31,433 nucleotides of DNA from Planctomycetota bacterium (GTDB lineage Bacteria > Planctomycetota > SZUA-567 > H5-PLA8): contig BTVV01000069.1 of the NCBI GenBank assembly GCA_045863855.1, forward strand, positions 1 to 31,433, written 5' to 3'. The notes beneath the pieces are model-generated. The model was not told the DNA's origin and made no database searches. It saw only the letters and a program-made list of their open reading frames with translations. This document shows, piece after piece, positions 8,273 to 15,458 of the stretch (the first letter of the stretch is position 1; every line of letters starts with the position of its first letter). Made by a program: the position numbers and the translations under genes.

Positions 8273-9154
8273 CTACTTGCCGGTGTTTAGCGTGGGCGTT
8301 TCCGCGCGCCGCGGATGCGTCGAGAAAAAGCGCCACATCCGCTCGTTCACACCCGCGACGTGCGCCCACAGATGCCCCCAGCGTTCCACCTCAAGGTATT
8401 CGACCGGATGCCCGGCCTTCTGGTACGCGTCCCGCGTGCGCCGGCCCTCGTCCACCTTGACGAGCCCATCCTGCGCACCGTGGACGATCAGCACGCCGTA
8501 CTTCGAGACCGGCGTCAGGTTTTTGAAATCCACAGTACCCAAGCCGCCGCTGTGCGTGGCGATGGCCGCGATCTTCTCGCCGCGCAGCGCGCCGAGCAGG
8601 TGGCAGAAGTACGCGCCGTTCGACATGCCCGTCAGAAACACGCGGTCTTTGTCCACCGCGTACTCCGTGGTGAGCTTCGCGTACAGTGCGTCGAAGAACG
8701 CCAGGTCGTCCTTTGCCAGGGCCTCCAGCAGCGGCCACGCGCGGAGCCGGCCGTTGGGGTAAACCAGGATGAACCCGCGTTGCGCAGCCGCGACATCCAG
8801 GAGCGTATAGATCGGCATTAGGTCTTTGCTGTCGCCTAATCCATGGAAGGCAAAGATCAGGGGAACGGGCTTACTCAGGTCCACCGAGGCAGGCACCACC
8901 AGCCGGTATTCGCGCTCGATCCCATTTACCATCAGCGCTTCGTTCGGCAAGATGCCCGTCTTCGGCCGCGCTTTGACGGCACTGGCGGGATACGCCGGCG
9001 TGGAGGGTGCGGGAGGCGATGTCACGGCGCTTTCCATGCCGCTCCCGCCCGCACAACCCGCACACAGCGCCACCAGGATTCCGATCGTCAGATCCCTTGC
9101 GGTCGTACTGTGGTTTTGGGTTCGGGCCGTGGGCTGCTCAGATTCTGGCATCAC
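8273..9154 (-). CDS. LpqC/PHB-depolymerase-like alpha/beta hydrolase (esterase), likely a lipoprotein
   Basis: Nucleophile elbow TGMSNGA (GxSxG), oxyanion FHGLG, HGAQD and GHLW (Asp/His). N-terminal hydrophobic stretch ending in LCAG-C. Start is GTG 9154 or ATG 9151. Confidence 0.85.
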   Translation of the reverse strand: MMPESEQPTARTQNHSTTARDLTIGILVALCAGCAGGSGMESAVTSPPAPSTPAYPASAVKARPKTGILPNEALMVNGIEREYRLVVPASVDLSKPVPLIFAFHGLGDSKDLMPIYTLLDVAAAQRGFILVYPNGRLRAWPLLEALAKDDLAFFDALYAKLTTEYAVDKDRVFLTGMSNGAYFCHLLGALRGEKIAAIATHSGGLGTVDFKNLTPVSKYGVLIVHGAQDGLVKVDEGRRTRDAYQKAGHPVEYLEVERWGHLWAHVAGVNERMWRFFSTHPRRAETPTLNTGK

Positions 9155-9180
9155 GATTGCACCTTACGCACCAAGAGGTT

Positions 9181-9207
9181 CAAAATCGCCCGGAGCGCGC
9201 GATTTTG
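9181..9207. promoter_or_regulatory. Perfect 9-bp inverted repeat in the divergent esterase/selenoprotein intergenic region (candidate operator)
   Basis: CAAAATCGC (9181-9189), 9-nt spacer, GCGATTTTG (9199-9207). Confidence 0.4.
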
Positions 9208-9275
9208 TGGTTTCCGCCCACGCTCCTTGCTGGATTGCTCCACAGCACGGCGGAATTCAGAACGGAGGTTTCATC

Positions 9276-9980
9276 ATGCGCCTGTTCTCCCCGGTTCTTG
9301 GGTGCCTTATGGCAATTGCCATGCCGCTCGCCGCCGCCGAACCGGAGAACGTAGAGCAACTCAAGACCGCAGCCCTAGCCAAGGAAAAGGAAGGCCACTG
9401 GAAGCAGGTAGCATGGGAAGCCGACGCTGCGGCGGCGGTTCGGAAATCCCAAGCCAGCGGGAAACCTCTTTTTGTGGTGCTCATCGTGGGGCACTTGGCG
9501 CGCCCTAACGCCAGCGAATGCTGACTGGGTGGGCGCATGCTCCGCGGGCGGTCGCTCTCGGACATTCGTATCATGCAGCGCCTGAATGCCGATTTCGTTC
9601 CGCTGGAACTGAACCTCACCGATTGCAGCTTTCCGGCCGAGTTGCCGGGCTTGGCGAACTGGAAGCGCGCCTTCGAGTCCAACGCACGCCACAAGTTTGG
9701 CTTTGCCACGGCCGTAGTGCTCGACCCCAAGGGCCTTGAGCCGCTAGGCACGTCCGGCAGCGGCTATTTAGCGGAATGGGAAAGCGCCACGAATTATCAC
9801 GCCGACAAGTTCTTCGCCTTCCTCAACGCCAGCTACGCGCGCGCCTGCCGTCTGGCGGCTTTGCAGGCCGAAACCGAGATGGGTCATCTGGAGCGGAACC
9901 TGAAGCTCGCCGCGCTACGCAGCGAGGTACTGCAGCAGATCCGCGCCGTGAATGTTGGATCGCCGAACGTTTCGCGTTGA
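9276..9980 (+). CDS. Putative exported selenoprotein (234 aa, Sec83 at TGA 9522-9524), thioredoxin-like fold with a SelN-like C-U motif
   Basis: GGAGG (9264-9268) precedes ATG 9276. Signal peptide MRLFSPVLGCLMAIAMPLAAA. Trx-like N-terminus WEADAAAAVRKSQASGKPLFVVL. The in-frame TGA directly follows a Cys codon, and the frame continues LGGRMLRGRSLSD..LNADFVPLEL to 9980. A SECIS-like hairpin lies downstream of the TGA. Confidence 0.8.
9537..9565 (+). promoter_or_regulatory. Candidate bacterial SECIS element
   Basis: AUG-C-UCCG-C-GGGC-[GGUC]-GCUC-U-CGGA-CAU: the AUG/CAU, UCCG/CGGA and GGGC/GCUC stems close an apical loop starting with G (9550-9553), 25 nt after the UGA. Confidence 0.65.
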
Positions 9981-9991
9981 ACGCATAGGGC

Positions 9992-10006
9992 TGGCATCGA
10001 CCTTGC
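9992..10006 (+). promoter_or_regulatory. Sigma-54 (-24/-12) promoter upstream of the Thr/Ser/Gly-rich secreted protein
   Basis: TGGCAT-CGACC-TTGC matches TGGCAC-N5-TTGC with one mismatch and the exact GG-N10-GC spacing. It lies about 100 nt upstream of ATG 10109. Confidence 0.7.
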
Positions 10007-10108
10007 GCTGCTCACCCGGTGTGCGGAGCGGGTGGGGGAACTTGCCTCATGCCAACCGTCTGACGGGGCGAACGAACCCTTCTCCGGAAGGGACTTGGAG
10101 GAATAACC

Positions 10109-11620
10109 ATGAAGTGCGCGCGTACCGTTAGGAGCCTGCCGAAGCTGTGGGGAATTCCGGCGTTCCTGGTCTGCGTAGGTCTGGCCTGGCCGTTGGCCGC
10201 GGAAGATGAGCAGGCGCTACTTGAAAGCGCCGAGGAGGCCCCGGCCGAAGAAATGCCGCCCATCGAGCCCGTTCAGGTGGTGACCTCGGCCGTACGAACC
10301 GTTGTCGAAAACGAGGACGGCAGTAAAACCGTGACCTCCACCGCCACGCACGCCAATACGGCGACAGGAGCGGAACGCAGCGTCGAGAACACGGTGACGG
10401 TCACGCCGTCCGAATCGGGTTCCACGTATACGCGCGACACCATCTACGCCGGCGCGAATGGAGGAGCGGCCAGCAGCCACACCGACTGCAACGTGACCCG
10501 CAACGGAGACGGTTCGGGATCGTTCAGTTCTTCCACCAGCGGCAGCGGCACGCGCGCCAACGGCCAACCCGCAAGCTGGAACACCGAACGCAGCGGCACT
10601 TGGGCGCCCAACAGCCAAGGCGGCAAGGACGCTTCCATGACCGCCACCACCACGATGGGCAGCGGCTTCAGCACTACCGTCAACCGCACCGCTCAGTCCT
10701 TTCAGGTCGACGAGGACACCAAGGGCTTCCACGCCGAATCCGACCGGACCAACAGCCTCGGCGGCAGCACCCAGCGCGTGACCGACGGCAGTGTGACCAA
10801 AACCGAAACCGGCCGTGAATGGGAGAGCACGACGACCGGCACGCATACCAACCGCATCGGCGAGACGGCCAGCTGGTCCGCCGAACGCGACGGCTCGGTG
10901 ACCAAGAACGAGGACGGTTCGCTGACGCTCTCCAAGACGCAGACGGTCACCAACGCCAAGGGCGAGACGGTGAACATCGAAAAGTCCGGCACGCTGGTGA
11001 AGACCGAGACCGGACACGCCTGGGAAGGCACGGGCAGCGCCACGTACACCGGCGCCGAAGGGCAGCAGAAATCCTGGACGGGCACGGGCAGCGGCAGCAC
11101 CACACGCAACGGCGATGGAACGGGCTCGGCACAATCCACCCGGACCGTCACCAACGACCAGGGCCAGTCGCGCTCGGTCGATCGGACGGGAACGTCGGCG
11201 CCCGCGGAAAGCGGCGCGGGCCGCACCTGGGAAGGTACGAAGTCGGTATCTCGGTCGGGCGCTGAAAAAGCTCCGCCGGCCGAAACCTCGGCCACGGCGC
11301 GGTCCACTCAGGCCGCGTCCACCGACCGTGCGGGGGGCCGCGAAAGCTGGGCCGCGCGCCGCGAGGCGGCCGCTTCCAGCCCCGCGACGGGCATCGCCAA
11401 CGATTCGGCGCGCCGCGCAGAAGCCACCCAGAGGCTGGACGCCTGGAAAGCTCAGCGCGGCGATGCCACCGCGGCTGGATCTGGAGCCGGAAGCTTGCGT
11501 GAACGGCTCCAGGGCGCCGGGCAAAACGCCGACGGTTTGCGCGAACGCGCTGAACGGGACCGCGTGGAGCGCGAACGGGCCGAGCGCCAACGCACCCCGC
11601 AACGCCGCGGTCGCCGCTGA
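10109..11620 (+). CDS. Secreted Thr/Ser/Gly-rich beta-repeat hypothetical protein
   Basis: RBS GGAGGA. Signal peptide (…LVCVGLAWPLAA-E). Repeats KTETG.W.. / T[KR]N.DG[ST]..TVTN..G with a 67-aa period. Arg/Glu-rich helical tail. Confidence 0.8.
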   Translation: MKCARTVRSLPKLWGIPAFLVCVGLAWPLAAEDEQALLESAEEAPAEEMPPIEPVQVVTSAVRTVVENEDGSKTVTSTATHANTATGAERSVENTVTVTPSESGSTYTRDTIYAGANGGAASSHTDCNVTRNGDGSGSFSSSTSGSGTRANGQPASWNTERSGTWAPNSQGGKDASMTATTTMGSGFSTTVNRTAQSFQVDEDTKGFHAESDRTNSLGGSTQRVTDGSVTKTETGREWESTTTGTHTNRIGETASWSAERDGSVTKNEDGSLTLSKTQTVTNAKGETVNIEKSGTLVKTETGHAWEGTGSATYTGAEGQQKSWTGTGSGSTTRNGDGTGSAQSTRTVTNDQGQSRSVDRTGTSAPAESGAGRTWEGTKSVSRSGAEKAPPAETSATARSTQAASTDRAGGRESWAARREAAASSPATGIANDSARRAEATQRLDAWKAQRGDATAAGSGAGSLRERLQGAGQNADGLRERAERDRVERERAERQRTPQRRGRR

Positions 11621-11643
11621 ATCAAAGCTGGTTCCTCGCTGTG

Positions 11644-11688
11644 CTTCGGCCGTGTTCGGGTTCTGCCCGGCACGGCCGGAGTTTTATT
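11644..11688 (+). terminator. Intrinsic terminator between convergent genes
   Basis: Long GC stem CTTCGGCCGTG..CGGG / CCCG GCACGGCCGGAG followed by TTTTATT. Confidence 0.7.
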
Positions 11689-11719
11689 GGAGCCAGGACT
11701 CACGCGGAGGCGTACGCAG

Positions 11720-14700
11720 CTAGGGAGCGGCAGGCGGCTGCGGGGTTCCGGCTGCAGGCTTTTTCCGGACTTCCTCGGGCAAGTCTTCGTCGCTCACGCC
11801 TTGCGATCGGGCGGCTGCGGCGGCGCGTTGGGCGGGTCCGGTCTCGCCCAGGATGAGCCAAGCCTGCGCCGCCCAGACAAACGGCTCGCCCGCATCGGGA
11901 TCGAAGGCCAGGGACGTGTGCGCGGCGGCTCGGGAGCGTAAGGCGCGTTCGCGCGCTTCCTCCGTGCGGCCCAGCGAGACCAGGATGCCGGCGAGCTTGC
12001 CTTCGAGCGTGGCGCGGTCGAGCCAGCGCGCGGGGTTGGACGGCTCGAATGCGAGCAGGCGTTCCAGCGTCTCGGCGGCGCGCTCGAAGTTCGGCAGCCC
12101 TCCCAGACGCTGGAGCAGCGTGACACGCTGGGCGAGCACCACCGGATCGTTCGGCGCGAGGCGCTCGGCCATGCCGAGGGCGAGACCGGCTTCCTGGCGG
12201 TCCTCCTGTTCGACCATGAGTTCGGCGCGAAGCATCCAGACGCGCGCCCACTCGGGGCGATCGGCGGCATCGGGCAGGTGGCGCAGCGTGTCGAGTTCCT
12301 GCCGCGCGGCGACCCAATGCTTGGCGTCGAGCAGCGCGCGTACCGCCGCTTCGGCGGCGCGGTGCCGCGGCGCGCCGCGTTCGAGCGCACTTTTCGCGAA
12401 GTCCAGCGCGGCATCGATCCGGCCTTCGGCGCGTGCCAAGGCGCTGCGGGCGAGCGCCACCTCATAACTCTCCGGCGCCAGCGCCTCGGCGGCGGCTAGA
12501 TCGGTCGCGGCGGGCTCGCGCTCGCCGCGCTCGAGCGCATGGATCGCGCGCGTGGCGTAGGCGAGGGCGAGCTTTTCGGCGCGTTCTTGCGGCAGCGCCC
12601 CCAACGTTTGGCGTTCCCGCTCCAGGATCGTGATGGCATGTTCCGGTTCCGCGCGGATATCCAGCGCTTGGGTCGGCTGCTTCGCGACCTGCCGCATGGC
12701 GCGGAGGCGCTGGTAGATCGTCCAGTATTGATTTGGCGCCAGCTTGGCCGTGGCTTCCAGAATGGCGGCGCGGTCCCCGGTAAAATCCTGGCCGTAATCG
12801 ACGAGCATGCGCGCGTTAACCGCGCAGTCGATCCCCACCCATTCGGCGTCGGCGTAGTCGGGCGGCATATTGCCTGTGGCGAGCATCCGGCCGGGATGCA
12901 CGCGCCAGCCCGCGATGGGGAACTGCGAGCTGCCGGCGTGCATCGTGCGCGGCGCCGCGAACTCCAGCAGCAGGTTATCGTCGGTGTGCAGCGGCGCGGG
13001 CCCCAGAACCTGCTCGAGGCGCGCGCGGTCGGCCATGAAGCAGGCAAAAAACTCGTCGGCGCCGTGGAAGCCGACTTTGCGCAGGTATGCCTGCGCGCCG
13101 GGATCGCGGGATCGCGGAATCCATCGGGCCAGTTCCGCGTGCAACGGAGTTTCGCTGCCCACCAGCAGATAGTCCTGGCCGGGCAGGACGCACCAGACCT
13201 GCGTGTGCGGGAAGACCTCCATGAAGGTGCGGACCACGCTGGCGAACTCGCGCTCGCCCAAGCCGTAGCGGTGCAGCCATTGGGACATAATTCCCTTCGG
13301 CTTCAGCGCGCGGCGGCAAAGTTCGAAGGACTCCCGCGTGAAGAGGTTCCCGATCCCGGCGATCCAGGGATTCGACGGTTCGCTGGCGATGACGTCGTAG
13401 CGGCGCGAAGTGAGCTGCAGGTGGCTGCGGCCATCTTCGAGGATGACGTCGAGCTTGGGCTCGTCGAGGCGGCCGTCGATCTTGTAGCGCAACTTGCTGT
13501 ACGGTTCGAACGCCTGCGCCGCTTCTATCACTTCCGGCGCCAGTTCCACCAAATCGACGCGCCGGACGGCCTCCGGCGCGAGCGCCGCTCCGAGACTGAT
13601 ACCCGAACCCATGCCGATGACGAGAATCTCTTCGGGTGTGCCGTCGTGCAAAAGCATCGGGACCATGGTAAGCCCCACCTGAGTGCTCATGTCCCCGTGG
13701 CTGCTGGCATCGGGTTTGCCTCCGATGGCCATGGTCAGTCCGTCGGGGGTCTCGTAGACGGCGACGGTGGCCGACGCGCCCTCGCGGTAAAAGAGCAGGC
13801 GGTCGCCGGTCAGTCCGGGCAGTGCGTCAAGGAAGCGGCCTTCACGCGCGGCTTCGACCTTGTCGGGCTGGCGCAGCAGGAAGGCTCCAGCGCTCATACG
13901 CCTTGGATCCCAGCGCGGGGCGAAGATCAGGAGCAACGTCAAGCCGAGCAGCACGCCAGAGACGAGCTGCTTGCGCCGGTCGGCGTAACTCGGCGCGTGA
14001 AGGAAAAGCGCCGCGCCCGGCAGCGCGTACAGCAGCGCCGCCAGCTTCAGGGTGCCTTCCAGTTGCAGTAGCGGCAGTAGCACGAAGCCGCCGGCGAGGC
14101 TCCCAAGGATCGAGCCGAGCGTGTTAAGGGCGTAAAGCCCGCCGACGGTGCGTCCCGCGTCGCGCCCGGCATGGCGGACGATTTGAAGCGTGAGCGGAAG
14201 CGTGGAGCCCATCAGGAAGGTCGGCAAAATGAGCAGCAGCGTGACGCCCAGCGCTTCGGCGGCCAAGAGCGCCGCGAAGCCCCACTGGCTGCCCACGGCC
14301 ATCAGCCAGAAGAACAGAATCGGCGCGAAGCCCAGGATCGGAACGAGCGTCATGGCTTGCAGGCCGATCAGGAGCAGCACCCTTGAAAGTTCGGCGATGG
14401 GATCGTCCAGGCGCGCGGCACGGCGCGCGCCCCAGGTTCCTCCGAGCGCAAGCCCCAGGATGAAGAGGGCTACGATCAGGCTGAAGGCGTAGGTGCTGCT
14501 GCCCAAGCAAAGCGTCAGCGCGCGCGTCCAGGCGATCTGGGTGGCCATGGCCGCGAAGCCGGTGAGTCCGAAGGTGAACGCCGCGCAGCGGACGGCCCGA
14601 GGCGAAGGCGGTTCGGCCGGCGCGGGAGCGGCCGGATCGGTCGCGGGTTCGGACGTTTCATCCGCCGGGGCGGATTCCCGGCGTCCCAGCATCAAGGAGG

Positions 14701-15277
14701 CTACGCCCAAGGCCAGATTAATGGCGACGGCTAGATAGTTGGTCGCCGAGAGTCCGAGCATCGGCAGCAGCAGGAACCCGGCGCCGGCGGCTCCGATGAC
14801 CGCGCCGAAGGTGTTGATCGCGTACAGCGAACCGGCGGTGCGCGCGAGACCCGCGGGCGAACGGACGAGGAACTGGGACAGGATCGGTAACGTCGCGCCC
14901 ATGCAAGTGGTGGGAATCATCAGCAGCAGGAAGCAGATGACGAAACGCGCGACGGTAAGCGCAGTTCCGCCGGTCTCGCCGTAAAGCCGGGTGTAAAGGG
15001 GGATCGCGGCCTCGAAAAGCCACGGGAGCGCCAGACAATACGCGCCGATCAGGATTTCGAGCACGCCGTACAGCGCCAGGAGGTGCCGGAATTTGACGAG
15101 ATAGCGCCCGGCGAGGAAGCTGCCCAGCGCGAGTCCGGCCATGAAGGCGCTGAGCACCGCCGCGAGGCTGTGCACCGAATGCCCTAACACAAGCCCCAAC
15201 TGGCGCGACCAGAGGACTTCGTAAATCAGCCCGCAAGCGCCGGAGAGGAGGAAGAAGAGCCAAACGATCCAGGTCAT
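11720..15277 (-). CDS. Fused MFS-like membrane domain / spermidine-synthase-like SAM domain with C-terminal TPR repeats
   Basis: N-terminal FLLSGACGLIYEVLWSR, duplicated YAINTFG / YALNTLG, SAM-binding LVIGMGSG..LVEL, EDGR, YDVIASEPSNPW, LHTDD..LEF, then TPR-like helices. Confidence 0.9.
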   Translation of the reverse strand: MTWIVWLFFLLSGACGLIYEVLWSRQLGLVLGHSVHSLAAVLSAFMAGLALGSFLAGRYLVKFRHLLALYGVLEILIGAYCLALPWLFEAAIPLYTRLYGETGGTALTVARFVICFLLLMIPTTCMGATLPILSQFLVRSPAGLARTAGSLYAINTFGAVIGAAGAGFLLLPMLGLSATNYLAVAINLALGVASLMLGRRESAPADETSEPATDPAAPAPAEPPSPRAVRCAAFTFGLTGFAAMATQIAWTRALTLCLGSSTYAFSLIVALFILGLALGGTWGARRAARLDDPIAELSRVLLLIGLQAMTLVPILGFAPILFFWLMAVGSQWGFAALLAAEALGVTLLLILPTFLMGSTLPLTLQIVRHAGRDAGRTVGGLYALNTLGSILGSLAGGFVLLPLLQLEGTLKLAALLYALPGAALFLHAPSYADRRKQLVSGVLLGLTLLLIFAPRWDPRRMSAGAFLLRQPDKVEAAREGRFLDALPGLTGDRLLFYREGASATVAVYETPDGLTMAIGGKPDASSHGDMSTQVGLTMVPMLLHDGTPEEILVIGMGSGISLGAALAPEAVRRVDLVELAPEVIEAAQAFEPYSKLRYKIDGRLDEPKLDVILEDGRSHLQLTSRRYDVIASEPSNPWIAGIGNLFTRESFELCRRALKPKGIMSQWLHRYGLGEREFASVVRTFMEVFPHTQVWCVLPGQDYLLVGSETPLHAELARWIPRSRDPGAQAYLRKVGFHGADEFFACFMADRARLEQVLGPAPLHTDDNLLLEFAAPRTMHAGSSQFPIAGWRVHPGRMLATGNMPPDYADAEWVGIDCAVNARMLVDYGQDFTGDRAAILEATAKLAPNQYWTIYQRLRAMRQVAKQPTQALDIRAEPEHAITILERERQTLGALPQERAEKLALAYATRAIHALERGEREPAATDLAAAEALAPESYEVALARSALARAEGRIDAALDFAKSALERGAPRHRAAEAAVRALLDAKHWVAARQELDTLRHLPDAADRPEWARVWMLRAELMVEQEDRQEAGLALGMAERLAPNDPVVLAQRVTLLQRLGGLPNFERAAETLERLLAFEPSNPARWLDRATLEGKLAGILVSLGRTEEARERALRSRAAAHTSLAFDPDAGEPFVWAAQAWLILGETGPAQRAAAAARSQGVSDEDLPEEVRKKPAAGTPQPPAAP

Positions 15278-15458
15278 GAGGGGCGCGTAGACCCTTGCGG
15301 TGCCGGTACGAAAGTTCGTATGCTAATCGAGACGCGGCGGGAGCGTCCACCACCGTACGCTTCCCGGTCCGCCCACCCCGTTCTTTCCATACTAAGAGGA
15401 TGCAAGCAGGCGGATTCGGACAGCCGCATTACCATTCTTCGAAGCCCCGGGGCCGAAC

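Noticed and set aside
8826..9275. N-terminal extension of the ORF ending at 9524
   Set aside because: It overlaps the esterase in antisense. The real start is ATG 9276, with GGAGG and a signal peptide.
9276..9980. Pseudogene or two-separate-genes interpretation
   Set aside because: Disfavoured but not excluded. The only lesion is a TGA directly after a Cys at the predicted redox site, followed by a SECIS-like hairpin, with no frameshifts.
10300..11260. CRISPR array or DNA tandem repeat
   Set aside because: The repeats are degenerate, in-frame and protein-level, with no identical DNA repeats separated by unique spacers and no cas genes.
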